Shown: one piece after another, positions 19,109 through 29,408 of the stretch
Position numbering within the stretch: position 1 is the first letter of the stretch
Layout of the letters: every line of letters begins with the position of its first letter
Source of the DNA: Candidatus Bathyarchaeia archaeon
GTDB lineage: Archaea; Thermoproteota; Bathyarchaeia; Bathyarchaeales; Bathycorpusculaceae
Direction: 5' to 3'
Assembly: GCA_038883775.1 (NCBI GenBank)
Contig: JAVZLM010000001.1
Coordinates: 96,001 to 160,000, forward strand
Length of the DNA stretch: 64,000 nucleotides
The notes under the pieces: generated by a model
Database searches by the model: none
What the model was told of the DNA's origin: nothing
What the model saw: the letters and a program-made list of their open reading frames with translations, nothing else
Made by a program: the position numbers and the translations under genes

Positions 19109-19401
19109 TTTAACGCCCTCAAATACTTATCAACGGAAGCAAACGCTTCCTTTACAGCTTCTTCCGCAAGTCCTTTCACATCAAAGTTCTTCATCAACGG
19201 CGACAAAACCACATCTATGTCTATTGTCACAGTCACGGGTTTTGTTCCTTCCACCTCAACGCTTATGTTTAGCGTTTCTATTCTTTTTAAGGAAACCTTG
19301 GATGTAACATATTCTCTAGCAGCATTTTCTGCAACAGTGCACAGTTCCTCAATTTGTTCGCTTGTTAACTCTGGTATTCCCAAATCTTCCAAAAGTTCCA
19401 C
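19090..19401 (-). CDS. DUF3194-like protein
   Basis: Acidic 103-aa protein at the conserved position between pfdB and DHH. Confidence 0.7.
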   Translation of the reverse strand: MELLEDLGIPELTSEQIEELCTVAENAAREYVTSKVSLKRIETLNISVEVEGTKPVTVTIDIDVVLSPLMKNFDVKGLAEEAVKEAFASVDKYLRALKCHSQK

Positions 19402-19415
19402 CTAAACGGTTTCTA

Positions 19416-19787
19416 TTAAGGCTGGGATGGGGAAACTGGGCTTAAGTCTTGCTGAAGCTTTGTTTGCAAATCCTTTATTTGGCTGCGTAGGCGTTCTTCC
19501 TGTTTTCCTAAAACCGCCGCTCGAGTGTTAAAAAGCTCTTTCCGCTCATTCAAATCAGCCACCGTTTTGGCTTTTTCAGATTTCACCAAAAGCGAGCCAA
19601 TAGCCTTGTATATAACAGCATCATCACTCATTTTCTCTAATTCGCTCAAGGCTTGTTCAATTTCTGTTAATTCAATCTCCACTTGTTGCTTCTGAACAAG
19701 CACTGACTGGAGTGTTTGCTGAAGCTGCTGAAGCCTTAACAAGCGTTCTTGAACTTGGGGTGGAAGTTTCGAAATTTCGTCACTCAC
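19416..19787 (-). CDS. pfdB: Prefoldin subunit beta
   Basis: LPPQVQ..LQQLQQ coiled coil and the YKAIGSLLV hairpin. Confidence 0.93.
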   Translation of the reverse strand: MSDEISKLPPQVQERLLRLQQLQQTLQSVLVQKQQVEIELTEIEQALSELEKMSDDAVIYKAIGSLLVKSEKAKTVADLNERKELFNTRAAVLGKQEERLRSQIKDLQTKLQQDLSPVSPSQP

Positions 19788-19828
19788 TCTTTATCCTTCC
19801 ATTGCACATCATTAAGCCAAGCTATTAA

Positions 19829-20080
19829 TTAAGCATTTTCCAAAACTTCTAAAACATTCGCCACAGAGTTTATCCACCTTAAAAAAGCATTTAACGTAGC
19901 CCTCAAAGCCACGGTATCCCTAGCTTCAACCCTTAAAACCAAAAAATTTTCTTTACTTTCAATGTTTGCCTTTGAACGGGCGGTAGCTGGCTTTTTAACC
20001 TCTGGCTCCAAAGCCTTAAGGAATATGTCTAAATGCCTTTTTGAGGGAAATTTCAACCGAACAACAGCCTTTGCCTTCAT
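19829..20080 (-). CDS. pcc1: KEOPS complex subunit Pcc1
   Basis: ALEPE..RS..ARDTVALRATLNAFLRW, plus operon position. Confidence 0.88.
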   Translation of the reverse strand: MKAKAVVRLKFPSKRHLDIFLKALEPEVKKPATARSKANIESKENFLVLRVEARDTVALRATLNAFLRWINSVANVLEVLENA

Positions 20081-20083
20081 TTT

Positions 20084-20653
20084 CTAACTCCATACTAAGT
20101 GTGATATCCAAATTTGTGGACCAATTTCAACCATTTCAGGTAGTAGCATGAAAGTGATGATTAAATTTTTTTGTGAACTGGTTTTAACTTGCATTACTGC
20201 ATCGTATCTTCTGTTAACGACTTCTTCTAATGAAAAAATTGGCAATGAGAAAAAGTTTGAAAGCGCCTTTTCAAGTTTCATAATTTCAACACCCTTGTTT
20301 GAAGAGGTTGCCATTGATATTGATTTAATTCTTCTTTCCCTCATCATTTCTCCAGCCAAATCTCTTCGAAATCTTGCATTGCGAATATAGATGGTTGGTG
20401 GAATTCTTTCCAGTCCTTCTGGCTTTGCATGGAAAAACTGTATTTTTCCAAGTCCAAATTTCCATCTTTCAATAATCATAACTTTTTCAGCTTTAAGCTC
20501 CATTGATTTTTCTGCTATTTCTTCCAGGCTTAGTTTGCCACGGTTTATTCGTATAGCAAAGGGGATGTTGTAGCTAATTTCTCTGCAAAGAGTTCTCATG
20601 TTTCTTGTTGGTCTTCTGGAAGTTGTTAACAGCAGAAGCTGCCTTTTAATCAA
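20084..20653 (-). CDS. Brix-domain ribosome biogenesis protein
   Basis: LTTSRRPT..RGKLSL and EIGP motif, plus operon position. Confidence 0.85.
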   Translation of the reverse strand: MIKRQLLLLTTSRRPTRNMRTLCREISYNIPFAIRINRGKLSLEEIAEKSMELKAEKVMIIERWKFGLGKIQFFHAKPEGLERIPPTIYIRNARFRRDLAGEMMRERRIKSISMATSSNKGVEIMKLEKALSNFFSLPIFSLEEVVNRRYDAVMQVKTSSQKNLIITFMLLPEMVEIGPQIWISHLVWS

Positions 20654-20684
20654 TGTTTAAGTCACTCATAAACTAACAGGCGTA

Positions 20685-20978
20685 TTATTCGGTTTCTTCT
20701 GTTTCCAGCGCTGTCTCTTCTATGGGTACGCCTTTGGCAACTCTTTTCGCAACCGTTCCAAGCTTTGTTGTGGGCGTGTAAGCTCCACCGGTAAAGGTAA
20801 AACCGCATTTTCTACATTTCCAAACACCAACGCTTACCCTTTTAACCCGCGAAAATCCACATTGGGGACAAGCGTGAGGTTTCTTCATTTCCGTGATTAC
20901 TTTTATGTAACGTTTTCTGACTGTGGCGCCGTAACGGGCTCCTAAACCTCGGGTTGGTCCTACCTTTTTTGTTCCCAT
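20685..20978 (-). CDS. rpl37ae: 50S ribosomal protein L37Ae (eL43)
   Basis: GARYGATVRK, CPQC, GVWKCRKC and GGAYTP. Confidence 0.95.
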   Translation of the reverse strand: MGTKKVGPTRGLGARYGATVRKRYIKVITEMKKPHACPQCGFSRVKRVSVGVWKCRKCGFTFTGGAYTPTTKLGTVAKRVAKGVPIEETALETEETE

Positions 20979-20985
20979 AGGGGTT

Positions 20986-21777
20986 TCACCATTTTAGTTT
21001 TTTGCGTATTTCTTCAGCTTTTTCTTTGGCGATGCTCGCTGCTTCTAAAACCTCTTTTGGTGTGAAGTATCCGCTGCCTCCTTTTTGTATTGCGCATATG
21101 TTGCCATCGTCATCTATCGCCATTGAAAGTCTAGCGTCCATCACTTGTTCCTCTTCTAACCATGGGTCTACAACAAGTTTGTCGCTTATTTTTGCAAAAG
21201 TAACCGTTATTGGATGCCTTCTTATTGGAAGCGGAATATATCCAGGCTTAATTTTAATTTCACCCTCTTTAACCTCATAGTTTGGCATTTTCGTGCTGAG
21301 CAAAGCCGCTACAGCAGCAAGAGCTGAAGCGTCTATCAAGTTTCCATCGTGATTAAGTACGTAAACGTCCACGAAAACAACGAAAACCTTCTTTCCAGGC
21401 TCTATGCATAATTTTTCCAAGTCAATAGCTTTAGATTCCCTTATTCCTCTGTCTACGATTCTGGCGAGTTCTATGGAATTTTCGTCTGGAGGTCCAGCCT
21501 CAAAGGTTGGTGAAGCCAAGGGCACCAGTTCAGCGTTTACGGTTAGGACACCTTCGTTTGGCGTGTCAGAGAAGGGTTCGCCTGTTTCAATTTTTGTTCC
21601 AACCATGACCTCTGTTTTTCCAAGCAAAACTCTCGCCGAGCCTTCAGCCTTTTCGATTATTCCCTGTTCCACTTTTATTTCGCGGTAATCAGTTAAACCT
21701 CTGCCATCTAACCGTTTTCCTCTGGAAATTAATTGTGCTATTTGTTTCTGTTTTACGCGGGTAACCATGGCTGACAT
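20986..21777 (-). CDS. rrp42: Exosome complex component Rrp42
   Basis: RLDGRGL, EGSARVLLG, ARIVDRGIRES and HDGNLIDA. Confidence 0.95.
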   Translation of the reverse strand: MSAMVTRVKQKQIAQLISRGKRLDGRGLTDYREIKVEQGIIEKAEGSARVLLGKTEVMVGTKIETGEPFSDTPNEGVLTVNAELVPLASPTFEAGPPDENSIELARIVDRGIRESKAIDLEKLCIEPGKKVFVVFVDVYVLNHDGNLIDASALAAVAALLSTKMPNYEVKEGEIKIKPGYIPLPIRRHPITVTFAKISDKLVVDPWLEEEQVMDARLSMAIDDDGNICAIQKGGSGYFTPKEVLEAASIAKEKAEEIRKKLKW

Positions 21778-22511
21778 TATTCTTCAACCTCCTTTGCGCT
21801 CACATACTTAGATTTTAATGCTTCCTTCTGCAAAGTGTAGATTTTCTTGCAGCCTTCCAATGCCAAGTTAACAGCCTTTTCGAATTCTTCAAGGGTTAAT
21901 ATTCCATCCATCTGAAGCAGCGTTATGGCGTTTAAGTTTGGCATTAAAGCTAAGGGAACATCTGCCGTACCCATTTTGTCTTCTGCATCCATCAAATCCA
22001 AAATTATTGTGTCGTCAATTTTTCCAGCAGAGCAAGCCACAACCAAATCTCGCATGGGAACGCCCGCATCCGCTAATGCTAGGGATGCTGCCACTATGCT
22101 TGCGCATCTTGTGCTTCCGTCAGCCTGCAAAACTTCAATGAAAATGTCTAAGCCCGTTCTCGGGTAATATTCGAGGAAGATTGATGGTTCGAGGGCTTCC
22201 CTTATGACTTTTGAAAGTTCTATTTCCCTTCTTGATGGTGCTGGTGATTTTCTTTCTTGAACGGAGAATGGCGCCATGTGGTAACGACATCTTAGAACCA
22301 TTCTGTCTGGGAGTGCCATATGTTTTGGATGCAGTTCCTTTGGTCCGTAAACTGCGGCTAAAATTTTGTTTTTTCCCTGTTCTATGTAGGCTGAGCCGTC
22401 AGCGTTTGATAATACGCCTACTTCAAGTTTTATTGGTCTCAACTCGTCTGGTTTTCTTCCATCTAATCTTAAACCTTTTTTATCAATTAACTTTTCAGTT
22501 TTTTCACTCAT
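21777..22511 (-). CDS. rrp41: Exosome complex exonuclease Rrp41
   Basis: [23 protein letters not shown] and [10 protein letters not shown]. Confidence 0.95.
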   Translation of the reverse strand: MSEKTEKLIDKKGLRLDGRKPDELRPIKLEVGVLSNADGSAYIEQGKNKILAAVYGPKELHPKHMALPDRMVLRCRYHMAPFSVQERKSPAPSRREIELSKVIREALEPSIFLEYYPRTGLDIFIEVLQADGSTRCASIVAASLALADAGVPMRDLVVACSAGKIDDTIILDLMDAEDKMGTADVPLALMPNLNAITLLQMDGILTLEEFEKAVNLALEGCKKIYTLQKEALKSKYVSAKEVEE

Positions 22512-23211
22512 TTTTTTCCTTCCTTTTCGCTTTTTCCCCTCTTAACATTTGGGTTATACGGTCTGTTAAACCGCTCGTGTGGGATTCCTCCTCAATTTTA
22601 CGTATCGCCGTCATCGCCAATTCTTCATCTTCAAGAGTTTTTCCAGTGATTAGTATGACTCCGTTAAGTCCGAGGATTATTTGGCAGTTTGTCTCCTTTT
22701 TTATCATGGATATCATTGAGCCCTTTCTACCGATTACCCGTGGAATTTTTGTGGGAGTGATTCTCATTATTTGTCCACGGGTTATCTTTCCCAATCCTGG
22801 CTCGCCAACCGTTAGCTGGGGATCGTGGGCTCTGTCGTAGGCTGTTATTTTCGCCACTATAAGGTCTCCTATATCTAAATACTGGGAAAGCTCGTCTTGT
22901 TGTGGCTTAAAGGGTCTGCTTAGGACATCCGAAGCCCTTAAAATGGCTTGGTAGGGCGCATTTATGTCCACAGTCCAACCATTAAATCCTACTTCAACAA
23001 CTGTTCCTATGACTATGTCTCCAACCCTTGGAATGTAGAAGGCTCTTAAGGCTACCACATTCACTTTCTTATCTTCATATTCCACAATTCCAATACGTGT
23101 GGCGTAGATTTTCTTATCTTCTGCGTATGTGTTTTCTCCAGGGATGTAGTCTCCTTCGGCGATTAAATCTCCTGGAGTTACAAGTTGCCTATTTTCCAAA
23201 AATATTGGCAT
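22504..23211 (-). CDS. rrp4: Exosome complex RNA-binding protein Rrp4
   Basis: S1 and KH domains ([30 protein letters not shown]). Confidence 0.95.
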   Translation of the reverse strand: MPIFLENRQLVTPGDLIAEGDYIPGENTYAEDKKIYATRIGIVEYEDKKVNVVALRAFYIPRVGDIVIGTVVEVGFNGWTVDINAPYQAILRASDVLSRPFKPQQDELSQYLDIGDLIVAKITAYDRAHDPQLTVGEPGLGKITRGQIMRITPTKIPRVIGRKGSMISMIKKETNCQIILGLNGVILITGKTLEDEELAMTAIRKIEEESHTSGLTDRITQMLRGEKAKRKEKNE

Positions 23212-23228
23212 GTTTCACCAAAACCTCG

Positions 23229-23918
23229 TTAAGAGATTATTTTTGCTTCTCCGTTTCCTTTTGTTATCTCTCCAAGTTTTTCTAGGAAAGGTCCATATAA
23301 GCCTGCTGGCATTTCAATGATTCCATACCATGAGCCGTCTGCTCGCCACTCCTCCTTTTTTATTGTTCCGAAGCCCTTTATCGTTCCGTAGGCTCTGGCG
23401 GAGTATTCTGCTGGTATTCGAACGCCAACGGATACTTGTTCCATTTTTAATGGCAAGATTTGTCGAAGCAGTTTAATTATTTCTTTTGCTTGCTCCTCTA
23501 CTGGTTTGAAGGGGTCTATTGGGTAGTGAACTTGTTCCATGGCGTTTTCTATTCGTGTTGGTGGATGGGGCAAGTTTGTTTTGGGGTCAACACATTGTCT
23601 TGATATGAAATCTATTATCTGCCTCCGCTTGTCCTCAATCATTTTTTTGCGCTGTTCCGTTGTCAGCTGTAGTGTTCCCTTTTTCAGTATAATTTCTGCT
23701 ATTTTGAGGGTTTCTGTTGTTCCGAAGGCTTTGCGGAGGCTTTCTTCTGAGACTTTTGTTCCTTTGTTTGCGTCTGAAAATATGGTTTCTGTAACTAAGA
23801 CTTCTGTTATTGCGGTTATTTTTCCCATGCGATAGTCTAACGCCTTTTGAGGCTTTACGAGAATTTCAAAGTGTTCGTTATCTTTTGTTATACGTGCAAC
23901 AGTGTATTTATCGCTCAT
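23229..23918 (-). CDS. sdo1: Ribosome maturation factor SBDS/Sdo1
   Basis: FEILV, QLTTEQR and DPKTNLPHPPTRIENAM. Confidence 0.94.
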   Translation of the reverse strand: MSDKYTVARITKDNEHFEILVKPQKALDYRMGKITAITEVLVTETIFSDANKGTKVSEESLRKAFGTTETLKIAEIILKKGTLQLTTEQRKKMIEDKRRQIIDFISRQCVDPKTNLPHPPTRIENAMEQVHYPIDPFKPVEEQAKEIIKLLRQILPLKMEQVSVGVRIPAEYSARAYGTIKGFGTIKKEEWRADGSWYGIIEMPAGLYGPFLEKLGEITKGNGEAKIIS

Positions 23919-23925
23919 CACCGTT

Positions 23926-24654
23926 TCACTTGCCAACGCCTAACTTTTTCATATACCCTTCAATTTTTTCGTCGCTTAGCATTTCCATTTTCTTTGTTGC
24001 TGAAGGAATTACTGCAATTTTTATTCTAGGCGGCAGTTGTCTCGCTTCTAAGGCTTTCACTAAACACTTTACAGCCAATTTCTCCGCCTCTTCAAGGCTC
24101 ATTTCTTCTCGGTACTCATCCTTCAATATGGCGAGAACGGTTTCTCTTCCTGCGCCTTGAGCCGTAGCCTTATACCCCCTATATGTGCCACTTGGATGGG
24201 TTCCAAACAAGCGGTTTCCAGTTTTATCAACTCCACCAAAGATTATGGAAACTCCGAAGGGTCTAACGCCAGCATGCTGCGTGTAAAGTTGTTTTATGTC
24301 GCAAATCCTTTTGGTAACAACTTCCGTGTCTATGGGTTCGTCATAGGTTAGCCTATTGCTTTGGGCGTATATGCGGGCTTGGTCTATAAGAATGCGGGCG
24401 TCCGAGCTTAAACCCACAATGGTTGCGCCTATATGCTCATCAACCTTAAAGATTTTCCATGAATATTCAGCCTCTTCAAGAGGTTCAACATTCTCTTCAG
24501 CTCCCAAAACAATTCCTTCAGAACACCTTATCCCCAAAATCGTGGCTCCACGGTTAACCAATTCCATAGCATATTCAACTTGAAAGAGCCTTCCGTCTGG
24601 TGAGAAAACGGTTATGGCACGGTCATAAGCGCCTGGTGCTGCAAACACAGACAT
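23926..24654 (-). CDS. psmA: Proteasome subunit alpha
   Basis: YDRAITVFSPDGRLFQVEYA and RPFGVS. Confidence 0.96.
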   Translation of the reverse strand: MSVFAAPGAYDRAITVFSPDGRLFQVEYAMELVNRGATILGIRCSEGIVLGAEENVEPLEEAEYSWKIFKVDEHIGATIVGLSSDARILIDQARIYAQSNRLTYDEPIDTEVVTKRICDIKQLYTQHAGVRPFGVSIIFGGVDKTGNRLFGTHPSGTYRGYKATAQGAGRETVLAILKDEYREEMSLEEAEKLAVKCLVKALEARQLPPRIKIAVIPSATKKMEMLSDEKIEGYMKKLGVGK

Positions 24655-24844
24655 TTAACATCAACCTCACAACACTTAACACATTTGCAGACTTTCATAT
24701 AACAACTAAACTAAAAACCTTTTCCTATTAAATCTCGCTTTTAGTTTACTCACTTAAAGAAGAATTATAAAACTCAAAACTATATTGACGCCTTCATAAG
24801 AGCTAAAAAGAGTAATAGCATAAAATTTGCAGAGGGGAAATTTG

Positions 24845-25539
24845 ATGAAGTATGAAATAAAATACAAGCCATCTTATTCAATGCTTGTGGTAAATCTAGA
24901 ACCAAACGAAAAGATAGTTGCTGAGTCAGGTGCAATGACATACATGAATCCAAACATTGAAGTCCACACAAGAAAAAGAGAAATAAGTCTCTTAGGCACA
25001 TTAGGTCTAGCGATTTTTGGACGCCAATCCTTCTGGGTAAATGAATACACTGCGAGAAACGGCACTGGAGAAGTTGCATTCGTTTCTGCACCACTAGGTG
25101 ACATTGAAAAACTGGAAATCAAGCCAAATCAAGGCTATATCATACAGAAAGCCGCTTACGTAGCTTCCACAGAAAACGTGGATTTAGACGTTAAATGGGA
25201 AGGCTTCACAAAAGGCTTATTCGGACAAGGCGTGTTCATGATAAAGGTTACAGGCGACGGAATACTATTCATAAACACTTTTGGAGCCATAGACAAACAC
25301 ATCTTACAGCCCGGGCAATCACTGATTGTTGATAATTTTCACCTGGTGCTTTCAGTAGCACATGCAACTACAAAGTCACAAAGTTCGGCGGATTAAAAGA
25401 AACAATCCTTGGAGGAGAAGGTCTAGTAGTAGATATTGAGGGTCCAGGAGAAGTCTATATTCAAACGAAAAATTTGGGCGAGTTTGTCGAGTGGCTTTGG
25501 ACTTTGCTCGAGCCAAGAGTGAGAGCGAGAGCACGCTAA
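24845..25539 (+). pseudogene. TIGR00266/AIM24 family protein, frameshifted near 25347 (or sequencing error)
   Basis: AESGAM, FGQGVF and FGAI, then VDNFHLV. The conserved tail AFSSTCNYKV..GGEGLV..GPGEVYIQT continues in another frame to TAA at 25539. Confidence 0.85.
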
Positions 25540-25655
25540 AAGAAAATATACATTTATGATAGCGCATTATAGCAAGCTGATAAGAAAAGTGAGATTTGCT
25601 CTAGAAACGTTTCCTAAATATTAAGCTTATCCTTAGTGGTTTTCTGCTTCCTTCT

Positions 25656-26045
25656 CTATTTTAAATTCTGTTGCATTTTTTCGCAGCGTTTATACCATAA
25701 TCTCTCATAATCCTTTTGAGATAAAACCCTACTTTTGAGGTCTGCTATCGTATGAATCTTTTCTTTCTTACACCATTTAAGGCATATTTTGTATTCTTCC
25801 CAGTCAAGTTCCTCGTCTTCCCAATAAACTGGGACCTCGGAAAAGCCGTGTAAGAAGGCAGCAAAAGCTCTTGTGTGTCCATCTACGAAGATGATTTCAT
25901 TTCCAAGTTTCTTTATTGGTATGGGTTCCATGGCTTTTGGATTTTTTGGGTCGAAAGTTTTCATTACTTCAGATAGCTTTTCTGTGCTGATGAAGAATTG
26001 GGTTGGTTGTATCTTGTCAAGTTTCATCATAAATGTTTTAGACAT
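25656..26045 (-). CDS. Small ParB/Srx-like domain protein
   Basis: IQPTQFFIS..PIPIK..DGHTRA motif. Confidence 0.7.
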   Translation of the reverse strand: MSKTFMMKLDKIQPTQFFISTEKLSEVMKTFDPKNPKAMEPIPIKKLGNEIIFVDGHTRAFAAFLHGFSEVPVYWEDEELDWEEYKICLKWCKKEKIHTIADLKSRVLSQKDYERLWYKRCEKMQQNLK

Positions 26046-26075
26046 GAGCAGTTGTTCTTCCCAGTCTAACAGTAT

Positions 26076-26729
26076 TCAATCTCCTTTATATTCTGGAATT
26101 ATGTTTTTGACTATTCTCTCTTCTTCTTTAAGTTCACGCCTTAATTATTGCCAAAATCTTCGCGCTCTTTTTAACCCTTCTATGCCCGTCGCCTTTCCTG
26201 TTTTAGTATAGAAATCTTGTCGTGGACCTTTCTTCCCGCTTGGAATTTCCATCATGTCTTTTACACCCATATTTTCTTCTCTCATAAAGTAGTCAAACAC
26301 TCTTGCCACCCCAATATAGCCTACTGAACACGATAGAACATCCGCATCGTAAACCACTTTTGCCTCGAGGGTTTTCGGTTCTTCTGTTCCTCTAGGCCCG
26401 TGGGCTCGAATACAGTGGATTATCTCGCTGATTTCTCCATCCTTGAAGCCGGCTTTTTTCAGATATTCTGGAGCAATAAAGGCTCCAGCTTCATGATGGT
26501 CGCTTCCCAAGTCTGGATATAATCTGCCAATGTCATGAAGTAACACGCTGGCTAAAACAATCTTCATATTAGCTTTCTCAGACTCGCCAATAATGACAGC
26601 TCTCGCAAGATCGCGAAGTATATGATGCCAATTATGATGAACTAATCCCTTCGTTAAGAAATCCTGTTTAACAAACTTATACAAAGCTTTTAATTCGCTG
26701 AATTGCGAGAGATAATAATCAAGTTTCAT
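26076..26729 (-). CDS. HD-domain phosphohydrolase, probably with a premature TAA at 26145-26147
   Basis: HNWHH..LLHDIGR..IRAH..DAD. The frame stays open for 22 codons after the TAA, to TGA at 26076. Confidence 0.78.
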
Positions 26730-26911
26730 TCTCTCACTAATTTTTCTATATGCTTTTTACGCTAAAAGATTTTGTGAAATGCTCCGTCTCCCAGTAGAAC
26801 ATCTCCGAATATAAAATTTCTTGTCAACTTTAAATTCCAAATATTTTGTTAAGAAATTTTCCACAAGATAATCACTTATTTGCGAGCCAGAACTGATTTA
26901 GGCATGTGCTG

Positions 26912-28135
26912 TTATTCTTTCCAGTCTAATAGTCTTTTTTCTCCTTCAATTTTTTTGATATCCGTTATGTCTTGGGTTACTTCCATTGTTCCCAAATACT
27001 TTCCATTCTTGTCCCTAACAGCAAAATATCTAATGTGTATCAAGCGGTCTTTTACTTGAATCCAGAATTCAGCCAAATCCTTTTTGCCTTCTTTGAATGA
27101 GTCGAGGATGCGGTTTACTATGTGAACGCTTTTTTGTGGATGGCATAACTGAACTTTTCTACCAATAACAGCTTTTGTTCGAACAAAAACTCTTTTTTCA
27201 GCTTTGTTAAAGTATTTGACAGTGTCTTCTTTATCAACAAATGTTATATCAACTGGAAGCGTATCCAACAATGCCTCAATTTCTTCTTTTGTTAGGGTTC
27301 CAGTTTCAAACTGCAGTGTTCCTTCAACTGGTGCTTTTTCTTTTTCTATTTTCTCCATTTCTAGCGCTCCTGTCAAATGCGAAGGTGTAAAGCAGCAGTA
27401 TCCAATTTCATCAAATTCGCTTCTTATCTCTTTCCATTCCTGGCTTGTTATAACCCGCAAGGCTGTTGGAAAAAGGATGTTGTTTTCCTTGAAAAAGTGG
27501 CTTGGAAGAAGACCGTTTAGGGCTTCGGCTATTTCTGCAAGCAATCTTTTAAAATCTTCAAAACCTATGCTGGCATATTTTTCTATTGTTTGGCTGAGCT
27601 TTTTCTTTTCTTCCCTTATCCTATTATGTTCCATCCACATAATTGCTGGGGGTTCAGTAATTCCATGTTTTTCTAAATATGGGAAAAGCACATTTTCTTC
27701 CCTTAAATAATGTTTTTCTGAGTCGCGCAAGTCTGCAGCTATATGCTCCAGATCGTGTATTTCATCAGCAACGTATGTTTTGTCGCTTATTTTTTGAACC
27801 TTGTGTGATATAGCGTTAAGTTTTTCTATGAGTTGGAGCATGATTTTGTGCTCTTCCATGAGAATGTTGATTGGATGGTCTGCGGGAACGGCGAGTTTTT
27901 GCTTTTCGAGTTGTTCTCTGAAAACTGCCATATGCACATCGCATAGTCTTTGTATTTCTTCTCTTGGCATGCCTTCCTTTATGAGTTCTTCTTCAATCTT
28001 TGCAATCTCCAAATAGCTTATGCCTTCCAAAACTTGTCTAAATCTCTCTTTGACTTCTTGAGGCGGCGCTCCCGCGTGCAATTGCCTAATTATTTCTTTT
28101 AACATTTTCTTTTTGTCTTCTGGTATTTCGCTCAT
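26912..28135 (-). CDS. DUF438 + hemerythrin-like + PAS domain protein
   Basis: IQRLCDVH, HPINILMEEH, HYLREENVLFP, MWMEH, KENNILFP, and PAS segment LPVDITFVD..CHPQKS. Confidence 0.88.
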   Translation of the reverse strand: MSEIPEDKKKMLKEIIRQLHAGAPPQEVKERFRQVLEGISYLEIAKIEEELIKEGMPREEIQRLCDVHMAVFREQLEKQKLAVPADHPINILMEEHKIMLQLIEKLNAISHKVQKISDKTYVADEIHDLEHIAADLRDSEKHYLREENVLFPYLEKHGITEPPAIMWMEHNRIREEKKKLSQTIEKYASIGFEDFKRLLAEIAEALNGLLPSHFFKENNILFPTALRVITSQEWKEIRSEFDEIGYCCFTPSHLTGALEMEKIEKEKAPVEGTLQFETGTLTKEEIEALLDTLPVDITFVDKEDTVKYFNKAEKRVFVRTKAVIGRKVQLCHPQKSVHIVNRILDSFKEGKKDLAEFWIQVKDRLIHIRYFAVRDKNGKYLGTMEVTQDITDIKKIEGEKRLLDWKE

Positions 28136-29322
28136 GCAGATTCTTCCTTAACTTTCTTGGCAAGCGCTTTTCCAATATCCACTATCTGTTTAATGTCGCT
28201 TTCTGTGGGTGGACCATTAACTTCTAAAGCTCCAACAACTTCCAACTTTGATGAACCCAAAATTTCTTGCACATGCTTTACTGCGCCTCCACTCCAACCA
28301 TAAGAACTTAAGACAACGCCGAATTTTAGTGGTGGATGCAGAGCCTTTACGAGGTAAGAAGCGTAAACTGCTAAAGGATGCGCCCCTCCCAATACTGTTG
28401 GTGCTCCTAAGACTATGGCTTTTGAATCCACCAAATCCTTTGCTATGTCGCCAATGTCTGCTGAGGCTAAGTTGTATAGGGCTATTTCTATGCCTTCGGA
28501 GGCTAGGGTTTCAGTTATTGGTTGAATCATTTTTTCTGTGCTGTTCCACATGGTTGCATAAACGATTATGGCTTTTTGCCTTGTTTCGCCGTTAACCCAC
28601 CTTTTATAAGCGTTTAAAATGCGCTTTGGATTTTTGTGAATTGGTCCATGGCTTGGCGCTATCATCTCAATTTCTAAACTCGCTATTTTTTCTATGGCTT
28701 TTTGTCCCATAACCCTGAAAGGCATCATTATCTCGCCAAAATATTTCTGGGCGTGAACAAGCAAATCTTCCACCTCATCATCAAATAATCCCTTAGCAAT
28801 GTGAGCTCCAAAGAAGTCGCATGGAAACAAAATTTTGTTTTCTTGTGCGTACGTGAACATTGTTTCTGGCCAGTGGAGCATTGGCGCTTCAATAAATTGG
28901 AGGGTTTTGTCGCCCAGGCTTATTTTCTCTTGGTCTTTAACTGCAATTATGCGATTTTCTGGCACTTTGTAGAAGGTTTGAGCCATTTTTGCGCCTTTAA
29001 CGGAAGTTATGAGTTTGGCCTTGCTGTTTATTCCCATTATGTAGGGTATGGCGCCTGCATGGTCTGGTTCTGCATGATTCATTATTACGTAATCAATTTC
29101 GGTTGGGTCTGTGATAAGGCGTATTTTTTCTTCAAGCTCTCTTTCAAAGCCTGGATTAACCGTGTCTATTAAGGCTTTTTTGTCTTTGCCGATTATGAGA
29201 TAAGCGTTGTAAGTTGTTCCTTTTGGGAGTGGAATTAAGGCGTCGAAAAGTTTTCGGTTCCAGTCTCTGACGCCAACCCAGTAAACGCCTTTCGAGACTT
29301 CGTTTATGTTTCTCCAATTCAT
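28132..29322 (-). CDS. fprA: Flavodiiron protein (FprA/A-type flavoprotein)
   Basis: GTTYNAY, NHAEPDH, HWPET, CDFFGAH and APSHG, plus a flavodoxin domain (SYGWSGGA). Confidence 0.94.
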   Translation of the reverse strand: MNWRNINEVSKGVYWVGVRDWNRKLFDALIPLPKGTTYNAYLIIGKDKKALIDTVNPGFERELEEKIRLITDPTEIDYVIMNHAEPDHAGAIPYIMGINSKAKLITSVKGAKMAQTFYKVPENRIIAVKDQEKISLGDKTLQFIEAPMLHWPETMFTYAQENKILFPCDFFGAHIAKGLFDDEVEDLLVHAQKYFGEIMMPFRVMGQKAIEKIASLEIEMIAPSHGPIHKNPKRILNAYKRWVNGETRQKAIIVYATMWNSTEKMIQPITETLASEGIEIALYNLASADIGDIAKDLVDSKAIVLGAPTVLGGAHPLAVYASYLVKALHPPLKFGVVLSSYGWSGGAVKHVQEILGSSKLEVVGALEVNGPPTESDIKQIVDIGKALAKKVKEESA

Positions 29323-29344
29323 TTCGAGTTTGTCTCCTTTTTAA

Positions 29345-29360
29345 TATTACAATTGTAATA
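29345..29360. promoter_or_regulatory. Perfect 16-bp palindrome TATTACAATTGTAATA, candidate operator
   Basis: Lies in the short divergent intergenic region between fprA and the HTH regulator. Confidence 0.6.
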
Positions 29361-29408
29361 AAGTATATTTATGCATTTCTACACAATACACATAGGAGAC
29401 AACATAAA

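Noticed and set aside
21002-24583. Many + strand ORFs antisense to exosome/proteasome genes (also seen opposite moeA, smc and ribosomal genes)
   Set aside because: Shadow ORFs of conserved genes, with no recognisable motifs.
26145-26147. Sec/Pyl recoding of the in-frame stop in the HD gene
   Set aside because: The codon is TAA, not TGA or TAG. A nonsense mutation or sequencing error is simpler.
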